Below are positions 16,515-26,077 of a stretch of DNA of 64,000 nucleotides, piece after piece (the stretch's first letter is position 1; each line of letters opens with the position of its first letter). Location of the stretch: contig JACKNX010000009.1 of the NCBI GenBank assembly GCA_024234635.1, positions 66,616 to 130,615 on the forward strand. The letters are read 5' to 3'. The notes beneath the pieces were generated by a model. The model saw only the letters and a program-made list of their open reading frames with translations. It did no database searches and had not been told where the DNA came from. The position numbers and the translations under genes are program-made. Source of the DNA: Pseudomonadales bacterium (GTDB lineage: Bacteria; Pseudomonadota; Gammaproteobacteria; Pseudomonadales; Azotimanducaceae).

Positions 16515-17863
16515 GCTGTTTCCTCCTCACCGGTGTCGCTCTCTTCCTTGAGAACATGAATGTCCAGTCTGCTGCCAAGCGTGTCTTCCAGATGGCGGAT
16601 CTTGTCGATCACGCTCTCCGTCAATCCCCGTTGTTTGTTGAACAACAGAAGCCCGCTGGGGGTGAGCAGGTCACGCGACAGCTGCATACCCGGCCGCAAG
16701 GCGCCGGAGGCTATCGCCATCTCGCGCACAGTTGTGTCGAGGCGGCTGACATCAGGCAGAACTTTCTCGAAAGCCTCCACCACTTCGGCATCGTAGCGAC
16801 TGCGCACACGCCGCTTTATGGTGGCCACCGCATCGACAGGCTCTAGCGGTTGTTTCTCACCGCGCCCCGCAAGCAGATCGTAGTAGTCGCGCGCTACCGC
16901 AAGAATGCGACCGCCCAGGGGAATCGACTCCGGTCCCCTGCGTGAGGGATAGCCGGTCCCATCCATCCGTTCGTGCTGGTTGCGCAGGAAAGTCGCCGCC
17001 TTGTTGAGCTGCGGCACACCCATCAACAGGGCTTCCGCATAGACAGGATGTTTTTCGAACGCCTCGCGTTCCTTGTCACCAAGCGTGTCGGGCCGCTTGT
17101 GCAGAAGCTTGTCCTCCAGCCCCATCCGCCCCAGCCGATGCAGCTGCATTGCCTGCTCAACTGCCCTCACGTCCTCTTCACCGCACCCGAGCGCCCGCGC
17201 CATGGACCGGGCCAGCGCGCGCTTGTCGTCGATGTCAGTCAGACCATCCGGATCGCGCAGCGCTTCCGCACTGGCCAGCAGGTTGACCATGGTTTCGTAG
17301 CTGTGCGAAAGCTCGGCCACCGTGCGTTCGAGCAGGGAGTTGGTTGCGCGCAGCGCCTGGGTGCGTTCAGCGACCCGTCGCTCCAGTTCCTCGTTCATCG
17401 TCTGCAGTGCGGCATTCTGCTCGCGGGTCAGCGCTTCGAGGCGCTCCTTCTCTTTCGCCAGCAGCACCGTTTCCAGCGATTCAGCCACGACTTCGCGCAG
17501 GCGCGCATCGTCCCAGGGTTTGGAGATATAGCTGGAAATGCCGCCTTCATTCAGCGCCTCCACCGCCGAATCCACCTCCGCATAGCCGGTCAGCAGAATG
17601 CGCCGCGCCTTCGGATAACGTTCCCGCGCCGCTTTCAGAAACTGCGCGCCGCTCATGCCCGGCATGCGCATGTCGGAGATGATGACGTCCACCGGATGCG
17701 CCTCCAGCGTGGAGAGCCCGTCCGCACCCGACGGCGCCGTCAGAACCTCGACGCCAAGCGGACGCAGGCATCGCCGGAGCGCATTGCAGATACCTGGCTC
17801 GTCGTCGACGGCCAGGACAACGGGACGCGCGGCGTCAGTGCCTGCCGGCGCTGTGTTCACCAC
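16511..17863 (-). CDS. response regulator, REC + coiled coil + HD-GYP domain with HD changed to HR (HnoD-like)
   Basis: REC: VLAVDDEP...DVIISDMRMPGM...KPW. HD-GYP: LHRLGRMG where LHDIGK is expected, and an intact HERMDGTGYP. Confidence 0.85.
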   Translation of the reverse strand: MVNTAPAGTDAARPVVLAVDDEPGICNALRRCLRPLGVEVLTAPSGADGLSTLEAHPVDVIISDMRMPGMSGAQFLKAARERYPKARRILLTGYAEVDSAVEALNEGGISSYISKPWDDARLREVVAESLETVLLAKEKERLEALTREQNAALQTMNEELERRVAERTQALRATNSLLERTVAELSHSYETMVNLLASAEALRDPDGLTDIDDKRALARSMARALGCGEEDVRAVEQAMQLHRLGRMGLEDKLLHKRPDTLGDKEREAFEKHPVYAEALLMGVPQLNKAATFLRNQHERMDGTGYPSRRGPESIPLGGRILAVARDYYDLLAGRGEKQPLEPVDAVATIKRRVRSRYDAEVVEAFEKVLPDVSRLDTTVREMAIASGALRPGMQLSRDLLTPSGLLLFNKQRGLTESVIDKIRHLEDTLGSRLDIHVLKEESDTGEEETA

Positions 17864-19487
17864 AAATCACCTCGTAGAGCGCATCCCGCGACAGCGGCTT
17901 GTGAAAGTAGTAACCCTGCAGCAGATCACAGCCGTACTCCCGGCAGATTTCAGCCTGCGCCAGTGTTTCCACACCTTCGGCGACGATTTCGAGATTGAGT
18001 TCGCGGGCCAGGCCGGTGATGTACTTGAACAAGGTGAGACTTGTAGCGTCCTCGCCCAGAAAACGAATGAAGGAGCGATCGATCTTGAGAACGTCCAGCG
18101 GCATCTGCGCGAGCTGCGCAAGTGACGAATACCCTGTACCAAAATCATCCAGCGCCACATGCACACCCATCTCGCGCACTTCGGACAACACCCGCTTCGC
18201 CAGTTCGATGTCGTGCATCACGGAACTCTCCGTAATCTCGATCTCAAACTGGTGCGGTTGCAGGCGATGCGCGTCGACCACCCGGCGCAGGTCGCCGACG
18301 AGATCGGATTCCAGGAACTGGCGAGGCGAGACGTTGACGGCAATCCGGATGGGCATTCCCGCGTCCGCCAGCGCGCGACACTCCGCCGCGCCGGTTTCGA
18401 TCACCCAGGCGCCGAGATCGTGGATGACGCCACTGCGTTCCGCCATGTCGATGAATTCCAGCGGCGAGATCAGTCCGTGGATGGGATGCTTCCAGCGAAT
18501 CAGGGCTTCCGCCCCGCGGACGCGGAAATCGACGCCGCTGACCTGGGGTTGATACTCACAGTGGAATTCATGGCGCTTGAGCGCACGATGCAGGTCCTGT
18601 TCCAGCGTGTACTTCAGGTGCAGATTGGCGGTGAGTCCCCGGGTGTACATCGACACCTGCCGGGAGTCGGCCTCATTCATTGCCGCCAGGGCAAGCAGGG
18701 CCTTGCGCACGCTGGTGTGGGCATCGGACTCCTCGTGTTCGATGGGCGCGACACCGAAACGGAATTTCAACGGCACCCGGCCCGAACCGATACCGAAGGG
18801 TTCTCTCAGGCGCGCAACCAGCGCCGCGGCGTCCTTGTCGATATCGGTGGACAGGATCACGAAGCCGACGATCGCCCGCTCCAGGCTGACGGCCGAGGTT
18901 TCCAGACGCACGAGACTCTTCAAGCGGGCGACCAGATCATTGCCGATGCGGCGCAACTCCTTCACGCTGAGGAGTGACAGGGACTGCGTGACATTGACGA
19001 TCTCCGCCGCCACGACATAGCGCGTGCCTTCGGCCGGCGCAAAGTTTGCAATCTGATTGATCAGCAGTTCTTTCGTCGGCAGGCAAAGCAGCGTGTCTGC
19101 TTCCTCCTCGTCACGCCGCGATTTTTCGATGGCATCGCGAATGGTGGCGCGCACCACGTCGTTGGACCACGGCTTGGTGAGAAACCGGGACACCGCACCC
19201 TGGTTCATGGCATCGATGACCTGCGACAGGTCCGCCTGACCGCTGAGCATCAGCCGGCCGACGCGTGGATACTCGCGGGCAATCTGCAACAGCAGATCAA
19301 CCCCCGTGATGCCGGGCATGTTGTAGTCGCTGAGGACAACGTCAATCGGTTGAGCCGCCATCACCGATAGCGCTTCCTCGCCAGAGGCGGCGGTAAATAC
19401 CTCATAACCATCCGGACGAAGCACGCGCTTGAGCGCGCTCAGAATCGAGTTCTGGTCATCCACCAGAAGTACGCGGGGCGTTTCCAT
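17835..19487 (-). CDS. response regulator, REC + degenerate GGDEF-like linker + EAL phosphodiesterase (HnoB-like)
   Basis: REC: VLLVDDQ...DVVLSDYNMPG...KPW. EAL: GAEALIRW, EIEITES, ALDDFGTGYSSL, LKIDRSFI, VAEGVET, QGYYF. No GGDEF motif in the middle domain. Confidence 0.85.
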   Translation of the reverse strand: METPRVLLVDDQNSILSALKRVLRPDGYEVFTAASGEEALSVMAAQPIDVVLSDYNMPGITGVDLLLQIAREYPRVGRLMLSGQADLSQVIDAMNQGAVSRFLTKPWSNDVVRATIRDAIEKSRRDEEEADTLLCLPTKELLINQIANFAPAEGTRYVVAAEIVNVTQSLSLLSVKELRRIGNDLVARLKSLVRLETSAVSLERAIVGFVILSTDIDKDAAALVARLREPFGIGSGRVPLKFRFGVAPIEHEESDAHTSVRKALLALAAMNEADSRQVSMYTRGLTANLHLKYTLEQDLHRALKRHEFHCEYQPQVSGVDFRVRGAEALIRWKHPIHGLISPLEFIDMAERSGVIHDLGAWVIETGAAECRALADAGMPIRIAVNVSPRQFLESDLVGDLRRVVDAHRLQPHQFEIEITESSVMHDIELAKRVLSEVREMGVHVALDDFGTGYSSLAQLAQMPLDVLKIDRSFIRFLGEDATSLTLFKYITGLARELNLEIVAEGVETLAQAEICREYGCDLLQGYYFHKPLSRDALYEVICGEHSAGRH

Positions 19488-19687
19488 GGCCGCTCGACTG
19501 ACAAGATGGGGCCAGTCTATTTCAGGGGCGCCGACGGAGACTTCGAATCACGCCACACTTCACATATCACGAACAAAAAAGGCCTTCACACCAAAGGCAA
19601 AACCGGCATGGAAGAGCGTGTGATGTTTTGTCAAAATAAACTGTTAAGCCACCGACGGAACCCGGTCGCGAAGGCGAACTGGCGGCG

Positions 19688-20773
19688 TCAGTTTTCCGGC
19701 AGTACCTGCGTGATGGCCTGCACCAGGTCCTCGAGCGCTGAAGCAGCGTCAGACCGCACGGTAATGTGACCCACCTTGCGCCCTGCTCTTGGCTGCTTGT
19801 CATAGTCGTGCACGTGCACGTCGGCATGCTTCAACACGGCGTCGATATCCGGCAGCTTGCCGATGCAGTTGAGCATGGCGGTGCAGCCCAGCGGGGCGGT
19901 ATCGCCGAGCGGTAAACCACACACCGCGCGCACGTGATTTTCGAACTGACTGGTACACGCCCCCTCGATGGTCCAGTGCCCGGAATTATGCACACGCGGT
20001 GCCATCTCGTTGGCATACAGCCCCTGTGGGGTATCGAACAGTTCCAGCGCCAGGACGCCGACATAGTCCAGATGCGCCAGGAGGCGTGCCGCGTATTCCT
20101 GCGCTGTGGTGGCGGCGGGGTCCTCCCGCCGACAGCGGGAGATGCGCAGGATGCCGTCGCGATGGACGTTTTCGGACACGGGATAGAAGGCTGTGGCGCC
20201 ATCGCGGCCACGCGCCGCCACCATGGAAATTTCACGCGTGAAAGTCACGAAGCTTTCGAGAATGAGTGGTACACCGCCCAGCCGTTCCCATGCGGCCGCC
20301 ACGTCATCCGCCGTACGCAGTACCGCCTGTCCCTTGCCGTCGTAACCCAGCGTGCGGGTCTTGAGTACCGCGGGGAGTCCCAGTTCCGCCACCGCGCGCC
20401 GCAGGTCCGTTTCGGCGTCAACGAGCACGTACGGCGGTACGGGGATGGCCAGATCACGAAACAGTTGCTTCTCCGACGCGCGGTCGCGCGAGGCGGCCAG
20501 CGCACGCGGATGCGGGTACACCGGTACCCGATCCAGCAGGCGCTGCATGCCGTCGGCCGGCACGTTTTCAAACTCGTAGGTGACGACGTCACTGGCATCG
20601 GCAAGCGCATCCAATGCGGCGGGATCGTCATAGGCACCAACGATATGCCTGCCAAGCGCGGCGGCGCCGGCATCGGCCGCCGGGTCCAGGAACGTGAAAC
20701 GCATGCCAAGCGGGATTCCCGCCAGGGCCAGCATCCGCGCGAGTTGCCCGCCGCCGACGATACCGATGCGCAT
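19688..20773 (-). CDS. purK: N5-carboxyaminoimidazole ribonucleotide synthase
   Basis: MRIGIVGGGQLARMLALAG start (ATG 20771-20773), ATP-grasp body, immediately downstream of purE. Confidence 0.9.
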   Translation of the reverse strand: MRIGIVGGGQLARMLALAGIPLGMRFTFLDPAADAGAAALGRHIVGAYDDPAALDALADASDVVTYEFENVPADGMQRLLDRVPVYPHPRALAASRDRASEKQLFRDLAIPVPPYVLVDAETDLRRAVAELGLPAVLKTRTLGYDGKGQAVLRTADDVAAAWERLGGVPLILESFVTFTREISMVAARGRDGATAFYPVSENVHRDGILRISRCRREDPAATTAQEYAARLLAHLDYVGVLALELFDTPQGLYANEMAPRVHNSGHWTIEGACTSQFENHVRAVCGLPLGDTAPLGCTAMLNCIGKLPDIDAVLKHADVHVHDYDKQPRAGRKVGHITVRSDAASALEDLVQAITQVLPEN

Positions 20774-20774
20774 G

Positions 20775-21266
20775 TCAGCCTGCCCGCGGGTCGGGCGAGT
20801 CGAGGACCGTGGCTGTCTGCCGTTCCCGATAGGCGGCCAGCGCATCGCGAACCTTCGGCTTACCGAGGCCGACAATGGCGGCGGCGAGCAGCCCGGCGTT
20901 CACCGCACCCGCCCGGCCAATGGCCATGGTGCCCACCGCAATGCCGGCAGGCATCTGCACGATGGAGAGCAGCGAATCCACGCCGTTCAGCGTCTTCGAC
21001 TGGATGGGCACACCCAGTACAGGGAGTACCGTTTTCGACGCCGTCATGCCCGGCAGGTGCGCGGCACCGCCGGCCCCGGCAACGATGACCCGCAGTCCCC
21101 GCGCTTCCGCCCCGGCCGCATATTCAAACATCAGATCCGGGGTGCGGTGCGCTGAGACCACCCGGGTTTCGAAGGGCACGCCGACCTCCTCGAGCGTGGC
21201 GCAGACGTGCTGCATCGTCTCCCAGTCGGATTTCGACCCCATGATGACGCCAACCAGCGGTTTCAC
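20775..21266 (-). CDS. purE: N5-carboxyaminoimidazole ribonucleotide mutase
   Basis: [17 protein letters not shown] and [11 protein letters not shown] motifs. 163 aa. Confidence 0.95.
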   Translation of the reverse strand: MKPLVGVIMGSKSDWETMQHVCATLEEVGVPFETRVVSAHRTPDLMFEYAAGAEARGLRVIVAGAGGAAHLPGMTASKTVLPVLGVPIQSKTLNGVDSLLSIVQMPAGIAVGTMAIGRAGAVNAGLLAAAIVGLGKPKVRDALAAYRERQTATVLDSPDPRAG

Positions 21267-21396
21267 GAGGGGCAGCTCCAGTGTCTCGCAACGCCGGGCG
21301 GGGCCAGGGCAGGGCAGGTGATGGGCATCGGTACCATCCGCTTTTCACACGGCGCGAAGGGTACCAGAGCCGCCGGAGATGGCGACACCGGGATGT

Positions 21397-22368
21397 CTAC
21401 AACCAGCCCCGTCGCTTGAAGAGCAGGTAAGGCAGTACCGCCGAGATCACCATGAGCAGTATCGCCAGCGGATAACCGACCGGCCAGTGCAGTTCCGGCA
21501 TGAACTGGAAATTCATGCCGTAAATCGAGGCAATGAGCGTCGGTGGCAGGAACACCACCGCGGCCACGGAGAAAAATTTGATGATGCCGTTCTGTTCGAT
21601 GTTGATCAGTCCCAGCGTGGCATCGAGAAGAAAGGTTGCCTTCTGCGTCAGCGAGTCGGTGTGATCCACCAGCGAGTGCAGATCACGGGACATGGTTTTG
21701 ATGCGATTGCGCACCTCCTTCTCCTGGCGCAACGGCTGGATGGCCTGCGACAGGTAGCCCAACACCCGGTCAAGCGACATGAGGCATTCGCGCACGTTGG
21801 AATTGAGGTCCCCCTGGGCGCCGATCTGCTCGAGAATCGTCTGCAGATTCGCTTCGCGGCGATTTCGCCGACCGCGATTGCGGAACACCATGGCCGACAG
21901 CGCCGCGATGTCCCGGCCTGCCCGCTCCAGGATATCCGCCATGCGATCGATCTGGGCTTCCAGCAGCGCCAGCAACACGCCTTCGCCGTCCTGACAGCCC
22001 AACGCCACCTTGGACGCGCGCGTTGGCATGGTGCGGAATGCCCGCGGTTCGGAATAGCGAATCGTGACCAGCCGGTGCTGCGTGAGGACAAAAGTGACCG
22101 GTGAAATGATGGGATGTTCGGTTTCCGTGCGCGACGGCAGCGTCGCCGTCATGAATACGGCGCCATCTTCCGTGTACAGACGCGACGACACCTCGATCTC
22201 GTCCATCTCCTCACGCGTGGGAATGGCGATGCCGAGCGCCTTCTCGAGCGCCGATTCTTCATCTGGCGTGGGTTCCATCAGGTCGATCCACACCACACCG
22301 TCCAACTGGGCGGGATCGCCGCGCGTGGACAGCAGGCGGTCCTGTTCATTGAGATACGCGCTGATCAT
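21397..22368 (-). CDS. corA: CorA magnesium/cobalt transporter
   Basis: C-terminal YGMNFQFMPEL (GMN motif) followed by two TM helices. ATG 22366-22368 behind GCAGGAGG. Confidence 0.9.
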   Translation of the reverse strand: MISAYLNEQDRLLSTRGDPAQLDGVVWIDLMEPTPDEESALEKALGIAIPTREEMDEIEVSSRLYTEDGAVFMTATLPSRTETEHPIISPVTFVLTQHRLVTIRYSEPRAFRTMPTRASKVALGCQDGEGVLLALLEAQIDRMADILERAGRDIAALSAMVFRNRGRRNRREANLQTILEQIGAQGDLNSNVRECLMSLDRVLGYLSQAIQPLRQEKEVRNRIKTMSRDLHSLVDHTDSLTQKATFLLDATLGLINIEQNGIIKFFSVAAVVFLPPTLIASIYGMNFQFMPELHWPVGYPLAILLMVISAVLPYLLFKRRGWL

Positions 22369-22672
22369 GCCGACAACCTCCTGCGCACCATCACCCTGCC
22401 TGTGCCCGTTGCCGGGAACTCTGACATTCCCCGACGTCGCGGTGCAAGCCGCCATACGGCACATCGCCGGCGGGATGCGCGCGCAATGGCACATCGACCA
22501 GCGGCCATTGCTCCGTCGCAGCAATTTGTTGCGCGCCAGTACGCGCGGAAGCGTCGTGAGCAAGGCGCATCACGCGGGCAACGCAGCGTGCCCGCCCGGG
22601 ACGCAGCGCTGCCACGGGCGCCTCCGAGCATCCCGGGGGCGCATGCCACGATGCGACGAATCGGGACTCCAG

Positions 22673-24706
22673 CTAGCGGAAGCGCATCCGCACACCAGCC
22701 TGCAGTGACAAACCCGGCAACGGAACATAGGCAGCCCGGAACGAGGTACTCCGGCGTGCGTCCTCGTCGAGCAGGTTGCTGCCCTTGAGAAACACATCCC
22801 AGGCCAGCGGGCCGCTGTCCAGCACATGCAGTGTCAGGCTGGCGCCAAGCAGGGTGTAGGCCCCCGTGCGAAACGTGCTGATGTCGTGCTGGCGACCATG
22901 CCGGATCGCCTGCACATCCGCGGACCAGCGCTCTCCGGTGTAATCCAGGGAGAGCCCCAGTCGCCAGGGCTGCACGCGCGGCAGGTCCGCGTCGCCGGTG
23001 CGACCGCGCACGTAGTCACCGAACAGGCGCGCGGAAACACCGGGAGCCAGATGGCCCAGATCGACAGTCGTCTCCGCTTCAATGCCGTGGAAGCGGGCGT
23101 CTTCCTGGCGATACGGCGCCAGCGGCAGACCATCCTCGACCTCGCCGTTTTCCACGCGATAGATGTAGTCATCGATGGCGTTGATGAATGCGTTCAGCTT
23201 CCAGTCGAACGATGCACCGTGATAGTGCAGCGATGCATCGAGGTTGTTTGCGGTTTCCACGCGCACGCGCATATCCCCCTGCGCCACCAGCCCCACCTCG
23301 AACAGTCCCGTCGCCAGGTGCGCGCCATCCGAATACAGCTCCTCGATGCCGGCCAGGCGTTGCGAACGCGAGAGATTGACGTTGAAATCCATGGCCTCGC
23401 TGACTTCCCATTTCACGCCGCCTGCGAGCGACAACGCGTTCCGGCCATAGTCGGCGAGCGCCGCCGTGTCGTGTTCCAGTCGTTCGTAGCGGGCGCCAAA
23501 TTCGGCGGTACCCCCGTCAAACGCATATTCCTCGAGCACGAACACGCCGATCCCGCGGGATTGCGTCACCGGCACGAAGGCCTCCGCACCCAGCGCGCTG
23601 AAATCGCGATTGTGCAGTTGTACGCCGACAGCGCTGCGCAGGTTGCCCAGCGGCGCGAGGATCAGCTCCGCCCGTGCTTCCCAGGCTTCGTTGTCGAAGG
23701 TGGTCGCCACATCACCAGTGGGCTCAATTTCCTGATGGCGATAGTCATTGCGCGCCACGCGCAGCCGCGCGCGTTCGAAGACGCCGCCGAGTTCGAGTTC
23801 CCCGCGCACATCGATGCGGGTCTGCCGGAGGTCGATGAACGGCCCTGGGAAAAGAGCCGCTTCCTCCACGTGATCTTCGGCGCCCGCCTCGTGCTCGTGC
23901 TCCTCCTCAGGCCCGGGCAGGCCGTAGCTCGTGGCGTAGCGCGAAACGGCAACACCGAGATATCCCCCGTCGCCGATCAGCGTGGCACCGCCGGCGAAAC
24001 CGTCCGCTTCACCGTAGCTGTTGGCTACCGTGCCACGCCGCTCCTCAGCCGGCCTCGCCGCCGGATCCGCCGTCGCGAAGTCACTGATCTCGATATCGTT
24101 CGAACGTCGGTCAAAGCCGTCGAGATGCCAGGCGATGGCACCAGCCGCTCCATCCAGCCTTGCCGCCGCCGCCCGTTCGTGCGCTGCCGTGTCGCCGCGC
24201 ACTTCCATCGCCGCCGTCAGCGCATCGTCCGGCAGCGCCGTTGGCACCCGGGAGTCGATGACATTGACCACGCCACCACTGGCGCTCGACCCGTACAGCA
24301 AGGTGGCGGGCCCGCGGATGATTTCGATCCTGTCGGCAAACAGCGGCTCGATCGGCACCGCGTGATCCGGGCTCAGATCCGCGGCATCCAGTGTGCTGAC
24401 GCCACTCTCCAGCACCGCCACACGCGCGCTTTCCTGTCCCCGGATGATGGGCCGACCAGCCACGGGGCCAAAGTACGAGCTGCTCATGCCGAGCTCACCC
24501 GCAAGTGTCTCGCCAATGGAATTGGCTGCCTTGTGCAGTAACTCATCGCCGCCAATGACCAGCGCGGACTGCGTCAACTCATCCACGGACCGCCCCAACG
24601 GCTCCGCCGTCACGACAATTTCCTCGATGATTTTTGTTTCTTCTTCCGCCCACACGGCAGGTGCTGCACCGATGCCCATCAGCACCGGCAGACAGATACG
24701 CTTCAT
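22673..24706 (-). CDS. TonB-dependent outer-membrane receptor
   Basis: Signal peptide MKRICLPVLMGIGAAPAVWA, plug-domain start EEIVVTAEPLGRS, beta-barrel body and C-terminal aromatic residue (…GVRMRF). Confidence 0.9.
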   Translation of the reverse strand: MKRICLPVLMGIGAAPAVWAEEETKIIEEIVVTAEPLGRSVDELTQSALVIGGDELLHKAANSIGETLAGELGMSSSYFGPVAGRPIIRGQESARVAVLESGVSTLDAADLSPDHAVPIEPLFADRIEIIRGPATLLYGSSASGGVVNVIDSRVPTALPDDALTAAMEVRGDTAAHERAAAARLDGAAGAIAWHLDGFDRRSNDIEISDFATADPAARPAEERRGTVANSYGEADGFAGGATLIGDGGYLGVAVSRYATSYGLPGPEEEHEHEAGAEDHVEEAALFPGPFIDLRQTRIDVRGELELGGVFERARLRVARNDYRHQEIEPTGDVATTFDNEAWEARAELILAPLGNLRSAVGVQLHNRDFSALGAEAFVPVTQSRGIGVFVLEEYAFDGGTAEFGARYERLEHDTAALADYGRNALSLAGGVKWEVSEAMDFNVNLSRSQRLAGIEELYSDGAHLATGLFEVGLVAQGDMRVRVETANNLDASLHYHGASFDWKLNAFINAIDDYIYRVENGEVEDGLPLAPYRQEDARFHGIEAETTVDLGHLAPGVSARLFGDYVRGRTGDADLPRVQPWRLGLSLDYTGERWSADVQAIRHGRQHDISTFRTGAYTLLGASLTLHVLDSGPLAWDVFLKGSNLLDEDARRSTSFRAAYVPLPGLSLQAGVRMRFR

Positions 24707-24773
24707 GACTGTTATCCCGACAAATGAAAAACGGCTGGCAACGTCGCGGACGACGTTGCCCGTTATCGTGGAT

Positions 24774-25103
24774 TCAGACGGTGGGCGGTCCCCGGGAAAG
24801 CGGCAGCGACAGCGATGGCCGCGCAACAGGCTGAACCTGCGGCACGGCAACCGGTGCGAAGTAGGTCGGTTGCCGGCGCACCAGTACAACCGGCGCCGGC
24901 GGTGGTGCATCGGTGCGCACACCGGAATGGCAGAGGTGGCAGGGCTGTGAATCCGGGTGCGCAGCAAAATCGCTGTCGTGCACCGCAAGAAAGACCTGCA
25001 GAAGCAGAAACGCGCAGCCCACGGCTCCCATGGCCAGGCGATGGGCGATTCGAGGTTGATTGACAGCCGCGAACTGCATGGCGCGCAAGCTAGCGCGGTT
25101 CAT
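24774..25103 (-). CDS. small membrane protein with HxxCHLCH motif (DUF2946-like?)
   Basis: Sits directly upstream of the TonB-dependent receptor. One hydrophobic helix (GAVGCAFLLLQVFLAV) then PCHLCH. The family call is from memory only. Confidence 0.35.
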   Translation of the reverse strand: MNRASLRAMQFAAVNQPRIAHRLAMGAVGCAFLLLQVFLAVHDSDFAAHPDSQPCHLCHSGVRTDAPPPAPVVLVRRQPTYFAPVAVPQVQPVARPSLSLPLSRGPPTV

Positions 25104-25143
25104 GTGCACCTGCAATGGCAACTTACCGGGGGGTGCGTAGGCA

Positions 25144-25455
25144 TTATCGACGGACCGGGTATTTCACCGCGTTGCGGGCAAGCTTGCTGGCTACGGCCGC
25201 GTCGACATCAATGCCCGCCATGGCCGCAAAGCGGGCCAGATAGATGAGTACATCGGCCACCTCGTCCGCCGCGGCGCCCTTTTGTACGTCGTTCAGCCGT
25301 CGCGATTCGTCTTCCGTCAGCCACTGAAAGATTTCCACCAGCTCGGCAGCTTCCACCGACAGCGCCATGGCCAGGTTCTTCGGCGAATGGAAGCGGTTCC
25401 AGTCCCGCTCGTCCGCGAATTGCTGCAGGCGCGCCTGAAGGTCGGCAAAGTCCAT
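25144..25455 (-). CDS. MazG-like nucleotide pyrophosphohydrolase
   Basis: ERDWNRFHSPKNLAMALSVEAAELVEIFQW...EVADVLIYL is typical of the small MazG family. Confidence 0.8.
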   Translation of the reverse strand: MDFADLQARLQQFADERDWNRFHSPKNLAMALSVEAAELVEIFQWLTEDESRRLNDVQKGAAADEVADVLIYLARFAAMAGIDVDAAVASKLARNAVKYPVRR

Positions 25456-25470
25456 CACGTCTCCCTGGGA

Positions 25471-26070
25471 TCAGTCACGTTCAAGCAGTTCTGCGACGCG
25501 CGACCGCACCCAGGGAACCACCTCGGTTTCGAACCAGGGGTTGCGCCGCAGCCACAGGTTGTTGCGCGGGCTGGGATGCGGCATGGGCACCAGGGCCGGC
25601 AGATGTGCTCGCCAGTCCTGCACGATGCCCGTGAGTGAACCGCGCGCATCCGGCAGGTGCCAGGCCACCGCGTACTGGCCGAGCACCACGGTCAGCTGAA
25701 TGTGTGGCAGCTGCGCCAGCAGCCGGGATCGCCAGGTCTGCGCGCAACGCGGAGGCGGCGGCAGATCGCCCGACGTGCCCCGCCCCGGATAACAGAACGC
25801 CATCGGTACCACCGCAATGCGCGCCGGATCGTAGAAGGTGTCGCGGTCCACGCCCAGCCACTCGCGCAGGCGGTCGCCGCTCGGATCGTTGAAGGGCAGC
25901 CCCGTGCTGTGCACGCGCGTGCCGGGCGCCTGACCGACAACCAGGATGCGCGCTTCCCGGCCGGCCTGCAGCACGGGGCGAGGGCCAAGCGGCAATTCGG
26001 CGGCGCAGAGCGTGCAGCGCCGGATCTCGCCCAGCAGCGTGGCCAGCGGTATGTCGTCAGGACTTTGCAT
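25471..26070 (-). CDS. uracil-DNA glycosylase superfamily protein
   Basis: CTLC...ILVVGQAPG motif and C-terminal HPSPRN motif. Confidence 0.75.
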   Translation of the reverse strand: MQSPDDIPLATLLGEIRRCTLCAAELPLGPRPVLQAGREARILVVGQAPGTRVHSTGLPFNDPSGDRLREWLGVDRDTFYDPARIAVVPMAFCYPGRGTSGDLPPPPRCAQTWRSRLLAQLPHIQLTVVLGQYAVAWHLPDARGSLTGIVQDWRAHLPALVPMPHPSPRNNLWLRRNPWFETEVVPWVRSRVAELLERD

Positions 26071-26077
26071 GAGCGGG

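Noticed and set aside
22826-24541. 571-aa plus-strand ORF; similar long shadows at 25946..27358, 50592..52187, 34260..35519, 6386..7306 and 16973..17998
   Set aside because: All are antisense to genes with clear family motifs (TonB-dependent receptor, acyl-CoA dehydrogenase-like, RNase R, ribD, PGYGP protein, HD-GYP regulator) and have shadow-ORF composition.
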